DNA from: Vicugna vicugna
Taxonomy: Eukaryota
NCBI GenBank assembly: GCA_013265495.1
Contig: MU058769.1
Location: 270,477-332,476, forward strand
Reading direction: 5' to 3'
Length of the DNA: 62,000 bases
Positions 34,301 to 45,340 of the stretch are shown here, in pieces. The notes beneath the pieces are model-generated. The model saw only the letters and a list, made by a program, of their open reading frames with translations, was not told where the DNA came from and searched no databases. The position numbers and the translations under genes were made by a program. How positions within the stretch are numbered: the first letter of the stretch is position 1; every line of letters starts with the position of its first letter.

Positions 34301-37300
34301 CCCCAGGCTCCTGTGGCCTCCACCCCTGTCCCCCAGGCCCTCCCCAGTCCCAGCTTACGCTCCAGCCCCAGGCCCCTGGGGCATGCTGAGCTCCCTCGCC
34401 TGCTTCTCGGTTACCATGTCGGCCCTGACCAGCGGAGGCTTGGCTGGGGTGCCCAGGAACTGCAGGCCCAGCAGGAATCGCACCCCGGCCTGGAACTTGG
34501 TCTGAGTCTTCAGAACCTGGGGAGGCTGCTTTTCCACCAGGAAAGAGCTGGCAGGAGTGAGGTGGACACAAGGGAAGTTAGAGTCTGGGTCCCTCCTAGT
34601 GCCCTCCCCACCACTCTGACCCTCTTCCCTTCTTGGGGTCTGCTCTAGGCCAGCCTGGGGCTTGTACCTGGTGACCAGTGTTCGCAGGACTTCATCCAGC
34701 CGGCTAATCAGCGCTGCCCGGGTCTTGGGTTCAAGCTCCCCACCAGCCGCCCCCACTTCCTGCTGCAGCTGGGAATAAATCTCCACCAGCTTCTCACACC
34801 TGGAGCCAGGACAGTGGTCGGGGGCACAGGATTCAGTCTGCCTGCTCCTGGACCAGACCCCCTCCACCTAAACCCAGCAAGAAAGCAGGACAGTGTGTGT
34901 GGAGGAGTGGGATGGGCAGTGGATGTAATTGCAAGACACCTGGGCTAAAGGGGTTCTGGCACCTGCCTTGGCTCTGGGGAGGTTCTTTCTTGGTGTCTGA
35001 AAGCCCTGTGAAAACCCTGCTGCCTCTTCCCTGGGCTCTGGTACCCAGGTCAGCTGCCAGCGTATATGATGCTTTTGCACATATTGAAAGGTGCCTCACC
35101 CAACAGACCAAATAGAAAAAAGCTTCCCATTCTTCTGGGCACGGGGCTTGAAGAGAAAAGTGTGGCTTGGATGGACTCCTGCTTGTGCCCCCTCAGCTGG
35201 GCACACGTGTGCAGGATGCGACCTGAACAACAGTGTGCGAGGCTCTGCTGGAACTGCTACTCTGAGCCTTGGCCCACCCCAAGGCCCCTGGCCTGGTTCT
35301 TCTCTCTCACACCTGTGGATCTTCCAGCGGGGACAGCAGGTGCCCACCCTCAGCCCACCCCCTTCCCTGCCAGCCCTGTCCCAACCTCTCCTGTAGTGGG
35401 GCCAGGCTCTCCTCAAAGGGTGCGCCATTCCCTGCCAGCTGCTGCTGCCGTTTCCAAATCTGGATCCTCTTCAGCACCAGGGCCTGGGCAGCCTCCAGCT
35501 CCCCCACCGTCTCCTGCAGCAGCGTGGCCAGGGCCTGCGGGCAAGGAGGCTCTGAGCCAGCGCCACACACTTCCTCCTCACTCAGCTCCCGAGGGTAGGC
35601 TCTCCTTCTCACCTCTCTGAGCTCTAACCTCCATTCCCCTACAGACTTGAGACCTCTCAAAGTCTGCATTTTGAGCTCCATCTCCACGTCTCAGTCCATT
35701 ACTCACCTCACTTGGCCCAGTCCCATTGGTAGGAGTTTCTATCAAGCTGTGCAGAGACACTAAGGGTAGGGGCAGAAATCAGGGGTGCAGATAGATTTGA
35801 GGTTCAGTCAAGGTTGAGGTCCAAGAGGGGAACACTCCCACACACAACCCAGAGCCCTCCTAGGGCTCCAGGCCCTGGCTCCCACCTTGGCCAGCCTCCG
35901 CCCCCGGCTGCAGGGCTTCGCGGAGAAGGTGGGCTTCCCCGACTCGGTGCTGCAGCCTCCCCAGGACCGTGTTAAACTTGAGCTCCTCCTGCTTCCAGTG
36001 GAAGGGCATTGGCAGGTGGTGGAACTGTGCAGGAGGGACGAGGGCCAGAGGGCAGGAGGTGAGACTCATCCCTTTACACTCAGCCTCCACTACCTAAAGG
36101 GGTGCTGACCGCCATGCTCTGCAGCGAGGGAGACAGGCCACACCCCTTGTCTGGTTCCCCTCTCTCCTTTGACAGTTCTTCCGAATCTTTTGGAATCTCC
36201 TGAAGATAAGACTTCTCTCCTGGCAGAATCAGCTCCTTACCACTTGCTCTCTTCTCCCCAGGCCTGACTACCCCCAGTCCCTCATTTGAAGCTTTTCTGA
36301 GCTTAGCTTGGGGCTCACTCTGACCCCAGGAACCTCCTTTGGTCATCTTGGGCTTAGAACACTGAATCTTTCCTGAAGTTCAAATTCCTTTTAGCTTCTC
36401 ATGGCTCAGGCTAAAGTCGCAGGGAGTTGAGTTGGGGTGGGAAGTGGGGTATCACAATACCTGTTCCATAACGGCTTTTTTTTCCCCTTGAAGGATGTGT
36501 CTGAAAGTGGCCACTAGCTTCAGGGGATCCCTCTGATATATGCTCTATAGGAATGAAGGGTGGTAGACAGGGTTAGCCTGGCTCTTACCCATGTTATTCT
36601 CCCCCTCCAACCCCCCTGCCCGCTCACACATGCACTGAAAGGCAGCACAAATGTAGACTCCAGGAGTTTTCATGCAGTTGAATGCTTTCAAATCTAATTT
36701 GCTTGCTGGCTAACAGCTAACCACAGGAATATCAGTTTGTTTCCAGGGTCTACCCAGTTTTCTTCCAGCCTCCCATATTCACCCCAGCTCTACTCCAGGC
36801 CCCACCCCAGCCTTATCCCCTACCCTCCTGCCCCCACCTCCAAGGCGCTGATGTGTTGCAAGATGGTGCTCCCCTCCCCCTGCTCTCCAGCTGAGGCCTG
36901 AAGGCGCTGGACAGTGGCAGAAAGTAGGGCGCTGGCCATGTCACAGCAGAAGGTGTCTGAGCCGACAAGGAACTCCCTGCGGGAAGATTAGGATAAGGCA
37001 GCTTCGGGTCAGGGCTTCCTCAGCTCCACTGACCCTTTACCCCACAGCAAACAGCTCAGCAGCTCCTTCATCCTCCTATCCTCCATCCCAGCCCTCTGCA
37101 ACCCTCACCCATGTCCCTGTTCCCCGATTTTCCAGCTGTGTGGGAAGTGCCCTTGCCCCAGCTCTGACCTCCCTCATCTTTGGCTCAGCCTCCTAAGGGG
37201 ATGGGAGACTCCACGTGTCAACATGCATAGTCTGGTTGATGCAGCACAGACTCCCCGCTAAATCTGGGTCACCACACATGGAATAACGAGTCCCAAGTCT

Positions 37301-37500
37301 TGAAATGGGATGACAAAAATCTAATGAGCTAGTAAGTGGGTGTGGGAGGACCTAGGGGACAAACATGGGGCAGCCAGGACTCACCAGGGCTGGTTCTCCA
37401 GCCAGTCACACAGGAGATGCCGCAGGTGTTGGGGAAAGTCGACATAGAGCCGCTGCAGTTTTTCTGGGGGCATTTTGGAGACCAGACCCCACAGAGACAT
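28189..37500 (-). CDS. STAT6: Signal transducer and activator of transcription 6, complete spliced CDS in 21 coding exons (exons 2-22); 2541 nt, 846 aa
   Basis: All introns GT-AG with consistent phases; [24 protein letters not shown]...[11 protein letters not shown] (SH2)...[10 protein letters not shown] (pTyr site)...DLRANPSW*. Confidence 0.98.
28460..28588 (-). CDS. STAT6: STAT6 exon 21 (129 nt)
   Basis: ggcag/[48 protein letters not shown]. Confidence 0.94.
28681..28746 (-). CDS. STAT6: STAT6 exon 20 (66 nt)
   Basis: tccag/[27 protein letters not shown]. Confidence 0.94.
29175..29385 (-). mobile_element. MIR SINE (STAT6 intron 19)
   Basis: 'ccccattttacagatgaggca...gttaagtaacttgctcaaagtca...ggaatttgaacc'. 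Confidence 0.8.
29535..29627 (-). CDS. STAT6: STAT6 exon 19 (93 nt)
   Basis: cccag/[36 protein letters not shown]. Confidence 0.93.
29818..29928 (-). CDS. STAT6: STAT6 exon 18 (111 nt)
   Basis: tccag/[42 protein letters not shown]. Confidence 0.94.
30035..30098 (-). CDS. STAT6: STAT6 exon 17 (64 nt; activating tyrosine)
   Basis: aacag/[26 protein letters not shown]. Confidence 0.95.
30316..30462 (-). CDS. STAT6: STAT6 exon 16 (147 nt)
   Basis: tgtag/[54 protein letters not shown]. Confidence 0.96.
30793..30929 (-). CDS. STAT6: STAT6 exon 15 (137 nt; SH2 core)
   Basis: gccag/[51 protein letters not shown]. Confidence 0.96.
31026..31120 (-). CDS. STAT6: STAT6 exon 14 (95 nt)
   Basis: cacag/[37 protein letters not shown]. 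Confidence 0.96.
31270..31455 (-). mobile_element. MIR SINE (STAT6 intron 13)
   Basis: 'tgtgccaggcac...ccccatcttacagacggagaaa...taacttgcccagatccacacagctgg'. Confidence 0.75.
31700..32125 (+). mobile_element. MIR SINE interrupted by a younger SINE
   Basis: 'ctctgagaatcaagttcctcctctgtaaaatggggg...gaggattaaatgaga...agcacagtgcct'. Confidence 0.75.
31757..31903 (+). mobile_element. tRNA-derived Vic-type (camelid) SINE
   Basis: GGGGAGGGTGTAGCTCAGAGGTAGAG (A box)...GGTTCAATCCC (B box), A-rich tail, degenerate TSD agaaatat..gggttcc. Confidence 0.88.
32474..32680 (-). CDS. STAT6: STAT6 exon 13 (207 nt)
   Basis: cccag/[30 protein letters not shown]...WSQFNK. Confidence 0.96.
33012..33104 (-). CDS. 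STAT6: STAT6 exon 12 (93 nt)
   Basis: ttcag/[37 protein letters not shown]. Confidence 0.96.
33699..33821 (-). CDS. STAT6: STAT6 exon 11 (123 nt)
   Basis: ggcag/[47 protein letters not shown]. Confidence 0.96.
33944..34031 (-). CDS. STAT6: STAT6 exon 10 (88 nt; CAGCAG tandem acceptor, alternative start 34034)
   Basis: [29 protein letters not shown]; donor GTGAGA. Confidence 0.92.
34359..34547 (-). CDS. STAT6: STAT6 exon 9 (189 nt)
   Basis: gccag/[33 protein letters not shown]...GPGAG. Confidence 0.96.
34668..34799 (-). CDS. STAT6: STAT6 exon 8 (132 nt)
   Basis: tccag/[49 protein letters not shown]. Confidence 0.95.
35386..35534 (-). CDS. STAT6: STAT6 exon 7 (149 nt)
   Basis: cgcag/[55 protein letters not shown]. 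Confidence 0.95.
35707..35759 (-). CDS. STAT6: STAT6 exon 6 (53 nt)
   Basis: cttag/[23 protein letters not shown]. Confidence 0.94.
35886..36024 (-). CDS. STAT6: STAT6 exon 5 (139 nt)
   Basis: cacag/[52 protein letters not shown]. Confidence 0.95.
36461..36544 (-). CDS. STAT6: STAT6 exon 4 (84 nt)
   Basis: tatag/[34 protein letters not shown]. Confidence 0.95.
36838..36976 (-). CDS. STAT6: STAT6 exon 3 (139 nt)
   Basis: cgcag/[52 protein letters not shown]. Confidence 0.95.
37385..37500 (-). CDS. STAT6: STAT6 exon 2 coding part (116 nt; the exon begins at 37521)
   Basis: ATG at 37500; [38 protein letters not shown]; donor GTGAGT. Confidence 0.96.
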
Positions 37501-39545
37501 GATCTGGGGTTTGGAGGGTGCCTAGAGGAAGGGAACAAGGCCACTTGAGCACTCTCAGAGGTGCCCAAGAAAGTTGGCCTGTGTTCTGGGGCAGCTAGAG
37601 CCCTCCCGTAGACCATCCCCTCCATCCCTCACAGCCAGACCACCTCAGACCGTCCCTGATCAGTGCCTGAGACAAGGTAATGCCTTCAATTAGACCCAGG
37701 GGTGAAGGGGTGGGAAGAGCTGAGTTGCAGCTGGAGGGGTGGGAGACAGGGGAAATGGGGCAGTAGAGAAGGCAGAGGATATGGATTGTAGCTTTAGACC
37801 TGGTTCTGGTTCTGTGGGCAAGAAACCTCCCCTCTTTGGACCTTGATCTTCTCATCTATAAAACACGAGCCTTAAATAAGTGTAGAAATTTCTAAACTTT
37901 CTAAACTTTTTAAAGCAGTAGACAATTTTAGTCTTCATCTGTGGAATCCCCATCGTATAAAATTAGAGTTTCTCTGTTGAAAGCAAGTGTGGTAGGCCCA
38001 GAATTCTACTGTTTCTTACTTCCCTCTCCCCACCTCCTGACCCCAAAGTTGTCCCTGGAGAAACCCCTCAAACTTCCGGGGCTCCCTGAGATAATTTGAA
38101 AACTGGCTAGATGATGAAGAGAGTAATACTAATAGCTACCATTTATTAAGCACTTTCTAAGTATGAGGCATTGCACTGAGCACCTTGCAACAATTTTTTA
38201 AATGCAGAATTATCCCCTTTCACAGGTAGAGAAACCGAATCTCAAGAAGTTTCTCCAACTTGCCAAGGCCACTCAGCAAGCAAGTTCAGACATCAGGATC
38301 TGAACTTAGTGGGGATTAACCACCACATTGTGCTGTAGGGGTCTCTTCCAGATCCAAATCCTGTAATCCTAAGGGAGCAGGGCATGGGAGAGAATTGAAG
38401 GAGATCTAGCAAAAGGAAAAGTAGAGAGAGATTGGAGAAAAAGTGGGGTTAATACGCCTGGAGTGAATAGCCTAGAAGAAGGGAGAGGATGCTAGAGCTA
38501 GAAGGCCAAGGGCAGAGAAGAAAAGAGGGCAAGAGGAAAGGAGAGGGGAGAAGATGGGGAGAGGGTTGCATCCCCATTTCTGGGTGGGCTGCAGGGTGGG
38601 ATGAGTAAATCAGTAGTTTCCCAGGGTCTCTCAGTTCATACTTCTCAAAATAACCCTCTTCCCAGAGACGATGGAAAGGATGAAGATGGAAACTCCCTGA
38701 GTCTCCCCCAACCCGGTAACCCCAAGTCCTCCTGTTGCACTTTAACTTCTCCCCTCTCCCAGAACCCCCAAAGAATGGAGAACAGAGGGTCCCCTTCTCT
38801 GGAGACTCCCCCCACCCACCCATCCGCGTCTCTATCCCCTTGAGCTCTTTTCTCCCAAAGGCAGAATCTTGCCCCGTCCTGCACAGGGTCCTCCAGTAGG
38901 CCTTTCTCTACGCCCCCTTGGGGTTGGGGCACCTTTTGGTCTGTGTTTCAGATTCAAGGGAGGCCACCATTCCTCTCTTCTCTCTTCATCTCCTGTTTCT
39001 CAAGGTGCTCAGACCTTTAACCTTCTCCCTCTACCCTGTTGGGGACTGAAGTGACCCCTAAACCATAGGCAGCCCCCATTCCTCTATATTGTTGAGTGAC
39101 CAGCCTCCCTGGCATGGCCCTGGCTTCACACCTCCTCCCTCACTCCACTCCCAGATATCAGGAGGCCAGAATTTCCCCTACCCTGACACCGTAACAAGGC
39201 TGGTAGACTGGCCTGCGAGGCCAGGGGTCCCCTGTAGACCGGCAAGGAGGGCGGAGCCACGGCGCGACGGGGCGGGGCCAGTGTTCCCCTCCCAATCGGG
39301 AAGGGAGACCCGACGTCCAGGATCCTCATCAGCCCGCTTCGCTTCGCTTCGTGGCCTAAACCTCACCTCAACCCCTACATTCCTGAGCCCTCTGACCTTG
39401 GGACCACAGGATCAAAAGTCAAAAGAGCTGCCTAATATGTGTTTGTGGCGGTGGGGGCGGGGAGGGGAGCGGGGAGGTGGAGCCAGTTCAGCACGAGGAG
39501 GGTTAACTTCGTGACTCGGCCGGGCCAAGCGTGGAGCAGTTTTGA

Positions 39546-39560
39546 GGGGGAAATTCCCCC
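39546..39560. promoter_or_regulatory. NF-kB consensus site in STAT6 intron 1
   Basis: GGGGGAAATTCCCCC, a near-palindromic match to GGGRNNYYCC. Confidence 0.6.
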
Positions 39561-40044
39561 TCCTCTGGGGCACCATGAGGTCTACATCTGGGGCTAGCTC
39601 ACTCCCTAGCCACACCCTTGAACAGGAACCTTCATAGGGGCCCCGATAGGGGTTTGTCAAGGACCCACTGTGCTCTGGCATCAACCTTCTGGGAGGGGCA
39701 GCCACTTCCCCCCAACCCAGAGAGCAGAGGGGCACCTCCTTGCCCTCCTTCCCCTGCCTTTACATGTCCCTGTAGGGGCGGGGGCGGGGGTGTGGAAAAA
39801 ATGTCTATGGCTGGTTGGGTGGGGTTGGGGGGAAGTGCTGGGCCTGTACCCACCCCAGATTCCTCTTGGTATTTCGAAAGCGCCAAAACCCAGTAGCACC
39901 AGCTACCAACCCCAGATGAAACAATTCCTTGGACCATCCACTCTGCCCAGGGAGGATCCTGAGAGGCACTCCTCCCAGCCCACCCCTGCCACATACTCAT
40001 AGTCGAGGCCCCCCACCCTCCCCTCCTTCGAGGCATCCCCTCAC

Positions 40045-40190
40045 CTTGGCAACCCCTCTGCTGTCTTCTCCCTCTCTCAGCGGCCACTGCCAGGCCCCAT
40101 GGGTCTGTAGCTCTGTCCAGCGGGTTCAGGGCTGGCCCTGCTAGCAACCCCCTTCCACCACCACCACCAAAAAGAAAAAAAAAAATACAA

Positions 40191-40222
<32 letters not shown>

Positions 40223-40310
40223 CGTCCTTCCTCTTCAGTGTAAGCAGTGGCTGCCCCAGTCCGCTGTTTCCGGCTTCTCTGACTACCCAGGTCCCTCCCT
40301 GGAGCTCTGA
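40045..40310 (-). other. STAT6: STAT6 non-coding exon 1 (5'UTR containing a GT repeat); 5' end approximate
   Basis: Donor AAG/GTGAGG at 40045; (GT)11 at 40191-40212; resembles the human STAT6 5'UTR as I recall it. Confidence 0.85.
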
Positions 40311-42581
40311 CGACACAGAGGAGAGAAAGTGGGCTGGAGGAGGAAGAGGAAGAAAATGGGGTGAGCGTGTGTGCCTCCTGTGCGGGAGTATGGAGTGGGG
40401 GGAGCCAGGACTGGGCTTGGGGGCCCTGGGTCCATGCTAGAGGGGAATCTGATCCCCACTTTGTCCCCCTCAAAAGCGAGCAGCTTGTCTTCAGAAAGTC
40501 ACCTAATATCAAGCAGAGATATGCTGCCCCAAACTGCCTCTCCCATACCCAAACTTTCCCAGGGGGCGGGGTGGGGGTGTTTGGGTTCACAAGGGACTCG
40601 GCTCCCCCGAGATCTCTGGAAAAAGAAATCCCTCTGGGCTCTGCGCTCCCTCCAGTGGAGGACCCTGAAAGCAGCCAGGGAGCACGACGCCGTCTGGAAC
40701 TCCTAGGTCCCCCTCCCTTCTTGGTGGGGACCGCCTTAGAGGTCCCGTGACCACCAAGGGGAGGGAGTGGGGGAGGGGACCCAGAGGCTCAGAATTCCGG
40801 AAGACTCCAGGGGTCTCTTGGACTGAAAATCACCTCTGCTCCTCCTTACAGGATACTACTCCTCAGACCCAGGTGGGAGCCAGCACAAACTAGAGTTGCT
40901 GCCTGTAGATTCCTAAGAGACAAGTTTGAGTAGGAATCGGCTGTGCAGCCTTGGCGAAGTTCCTATCGGTTTCTGGGGTAAACACTGAGACACACCCAGA
41001 AATAAACACACACATATACAACTTCCCCAGCCACAAGACCCCCCACACACACACAAACACATGCTCACACACACGTGTAGGCAGGCTCATAGACGTGTGG
41101 GCACTCAGGGACACAGAGTCACAAGGAGATACACACTCACATACACAAGGCTTGCTCAGCTTCTGAGTCATCATCATAACTAATGGATAGTTTCTGTTGC
41201 TTTTGCTGAAGAAGGAGCTGGAGGAGGCCGAGGGACCCAGAGAGGTCTTAGATCCCCAAACCTGAGAGAGGGTGTGGGGAAAGGGTGGTCTCTTGGGGGC
41301 GGTGGGAGGTGGTTTCTACTCCCCTCCATCCTCCCCATACAGGGATGGGCACAGGGGCCAAAGCCAGGCCTATGCTGCCCCCTGGTGCCTGAACTAATTC
41401 CCAGAGCCCAGCTCCTCCCCCTCCCATCTATGCGGATGGACAAGTGTGTGCAGGAGTGCACGTGTGGAGTGGGCACGTGGAGGGGCGGGTTCAGCCAAGC
41501 TGCAGAAAATAGCGGTGAAGATCTTGGCCTCTGGAGACAGGCTGCATAGGTTCAAATCCTGCTGGTGCTGCTAACTGTGCAACTCTGAGCAGTTTACTCT
41601 TTGTGCTTCAGTTTTGTCATCTGTACAATGGAGCAAATAGCTTACCGGGTTGTGAGAGTGAAATGCTGAGAGCAATGCCTGGCACACAGGGAACATTAGC
41701 TGCTATGTTTTATGTCCCAGAATAAGCCAGGCATGAGAAAGGCAGAAGGGCCTCCATCCTACATAGGGGTCCCCAGATTTGAGGGTAACATTACTGCCAC
41801 AAAGACAGAACCTATTGGAGGCGTGTGTGTTTATGTATTTGTTGTGTCTGGAAGGCAGTCAGTTGAAGAGGAGAGAGAGTAGGGGTAGGGATGGCAGGCA
41901 GGGACTGTCCATGGGTTGAGCCAGCAGGCAATGCTAGGATTGCAGTGTGTACACAAAGGTGCTCACGACACATGTCCAGGTGCCCACCCTGCCTGCAGTC
42001 ATCCACAGACAGGCTTTGCCATCTAAGGGTCTGTAGAGGGCCAAGTCCCCCAGACCTTTGACATGAGGAGGGGAGGAGTGAATATAGTCTCTAACTTTGG
42101 CTCCTTTGGGGAATAGGAAGGTGAGAAGCACATATTGGCTGGAAAATAATATTTATTATCATCTTCTCTAACTGATTACACCAATGGGGATGCTATGAGG
42201 TCATGGGAAGAATTTAGAGGCAAAGCTGTCATGGGTCTGACTCCATTTAAGAGCTTTGTGACTGTGTGTCAACCCCTCAAATGGAGACATCAGGTATACC
42301 CACTTGACACAGCCTAGGCCAGGGTGCGGTGTCAAGGGTGCAGAAGGGAAAGAGGCGCTCGTCTTCAGGTTGTGCGGGTTGGCTAGACTTCTGGTAATGA
42401 CACTCCCACTTGCAGACCCTGACAATGAGGGCCTTGCTGGCCTCACCCTCCTCCAGGCCCTGCCATCCCACCAGTGGCTGTAAAGATTGTATAAGAGAGC
42501 GCAGAGAAAAAAAATTGACCCTTGTCGTCTATAAACTGCAGGTTGCAACCCAATGGCGAGCCTCAAAATCAATCCGGTGAG

Positions 42582-43043
42582 TGTGTTCGTTTGCTGAGGC
42601 TGCTGTGACAAAGCTCCACAAGCTGGGGGGCTCAAACAACTAAAGGAATCCATTGTGTCGCAGTACCAGAGGCTGGGAGTTCAAAGTCAAGTTGTTGGCA
42701 GGGCTGGTCCCCTCCAAGGGCTGTGAGAGAGAAACTGTTCCAGGCCTCTCTCGTTGACTTGCAAATGGCCCAAATGGCCGTCTTCATGCTCGCATGGTGA
42801 CCTCTCTGTGTGCGAGTCTGTGTCCAAAATTTCCCCTTTTTATAAGGACAACAGTCACATTGGATGAGGGCCCACCCTAAGGACCTCATTTTAACTCAAT
42901 CACTTCTGTAAAGACCCTATCTCCAAATAAAGTCACATTCTGAAATACTGGAGGTGCCTCATGTGAATACGAATTTCTGAGAGACACATGAATTCAACAT
43001 GTTACTATACGGATTTTTGAGAGACACCATTCGACCCATAACA
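42582..43043 (-). mobile_element. MaLR (MLT1-type) solo LTR
   Basis: TG...CA ends; 5-bp TSD GTGAG (42577-42581, 43044-43048); MLT1 motifs 'ataaggaca..cagtcacattgga..agggcccaccct', 'ctccaaataaagtcacattctga'. Confidence 0.88.
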
Positions 43044-44929
43044 GTGAGCCTTGACCATCACTTTTTTAAAACAAAGTAGAATAGAATAGGAAATAGCAAA
43101 ATGCATCACACAGAGTAAGGGTAAGTAGTGTCTGATTAAACTTGTTTCAGTTTTCTATATTTATTTGAGTTCTAGGTCCTGATGTAAAAGATAGTTTTCA
43201 GTGCTGGTTGTAATAAAAAAAAATCAGTTGGATGTTGGTAACCATCACCTATCACTTCGCATTGCTTCTTAATTATTTTATGGGCACATCCTTCTCTGAC
43301 CAGGACGTAAGCTCCTGGGGGCTCGGCACACCTATCATTCTGTAAACGCTGCTGTGCAGGTAAAAAACTGATACTCATTCTTGCTAGTGAACACAAGGTC
43401 TACCATTTACTGAGTGTTTACCGTGGACTTGGTACTGGACTAAATGTTCTACATACACTCTCTTACACGGGGACTAGACTCGGTGAGGGTTAATGGCAGG
43501 AGCTCAGTATGTTTTACAGGCAAGATGAATGGGCGCCACATTCAGAGCAGTGGGCAGTAGCCTGGGATTTGTGGAGGGTTGAGGGATAGAAGGAAACTTC
43601 ACAGAAGAGGCAGCTCTGTCTCCCAGGCCTTTGCCATTCTCTGCAAATTTCCAACCACCTTGATACCAACTCTCCATTTTGATTAGACTTTCCATCAGCT
43701 GGAAACCCTCACAGTTTCCTGCTCCCTAACAAGTGACATTTCATGCGGGCTCTGTCCCTGCCCCTGCCAAAGATTATGTTCCTTCAGTTGTGCTCAGGGC
43801 CCGTCCCTTCTGCCTCCTCGGGCCCTGTTTCATTAATTTTCCTCTCCGTCCTCCGAATCTCCAGCCTCTGGTTCTCTAACTATTACAGCTCTTTACCCTC
43901 AGCATATGAACATGTTCAAATTCCCTCCACTTAAAAAAAAAAAAGTGAAATCAAACTGATAGCAAGCATACAAAATCAACCTTCCCACAATCTGTGTGCA
44001 GTTAACTCAACAAAAATGTATTGGGTGTCTGTTCTCAGGCTCTGATAACTGAGAAGGGGAGTCAGATCTGTTAACAGCGATGCAGCAGCATGATTGGGGC
44101 TGTGGTTCCAGTGAAGTTCAGGGTGCCATGGGAGCACACAGGAGGGGCACATAAATTAGGTAGGGGGTAGGAGAGATCAGGGAGGTGATGCCTGAAGTGA
44201 ATCTTAAGGGGAAAATTGGAGTTATTCAGGCAAAGAACAAGAGGAAAGGTAAACCAGGAAGGGGATCCAGCATGGACACTGTGGGCGCACGGTACCTCCT
44301 GGAAATGGGTAGTAGTTGGCAATGGGGAGCATGAGAGGATTTCGGTGAGTAATATAATGAAATTTAGTAGAGAGACCAGCCTGGCTGCAGTGTAGAGGAT
44401 GGATTAAAGGGTAAATCTGAAGCCAGAAGAACAGCGCAGAAAGCTAGTAATAACGAAGAAAGACCACGTGGTGGAGGAGAAGTGAAGTGTTGGGGAATCG
44501 CAGCTGGTTAGAAGAGGAGGACAGACATGAGGAGCCAGCAGGAAAGGAGAGAATAGACAAGGAACTGGAATCCTCAACAGATGTTAAGACCAGCCTTCCT
44601 GGGAGCAAGAGAGAGAAGGGACGGGAGGGCGGGAACGTGTGGTCAGAGACAAGGGGTGAGATTGCCACCTAGCTCTCCTGGGAGGGTGTGGCAGAGGCTG
44701 GGGCTGTGGGAGTCAGTGGCCGCGGCAACGTGGAGGTGAGACACTGGAGTTGAGGAAGACAAGAACCATGAGGCCAGGGTGCCGCCAGCCCGCCTGCATG
44801 AACTTTGACGCCACCTGGGTCTGCTGAAGCCCTGAGGTGGACAGGGAGACGGTGAGTCAGGTGCCGGAGCCTTTCTTCAAGGAGTGTGGGCAGATGACCA
44901 GGACAGCAGAAGATGGCAGCAAAAGTACT

Positions 44930-45340
44930 AACTAACATTTAGTGAGAGTTTATGTTACTTCAGTTCCTACTTTTAAAAAAATCTAAGCCCTGTACATTTT
45001 ATCCTGCAATAATACTATGAGATAGAACTATGTGCCCAATACGATAGCCGCTAACCGTATGTGGCTATTTAATTTTAATTTAAAAACGCAGTTCCTCATA
45101 TGCACTAGCCACATTTCAAATGCTCAGCAGCCCCATATGGCAAACGGCACAGACCGAGGACATCTCCATCATCACAGAAAGTTCTCTTGGGTAGTGCTGA
45201 TAGCCCTCATTTTGCAGATGAGGAAACTGCAGTGTGGAAAGTTTAAGTAATCTGCCCAACGCCAGAGAGCTAGTAAGTAAGCTGGGATTTGAGCCCAGTT
45301 AAGCAGGCATAAGCATTGCTGCCCTTAAGCAGTGTGCCAC
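44930..45340. mobile_element. MIR with a nested MER3-like hAT MITE (~45030-45200)
   Basis: 'tatgtggctattt...gcactagccacatttcaaatgctca...catcacagaaagttct' inside 'cattttgcagatgaggaaact...gggatttgagccca'. Confidence 0.65.
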
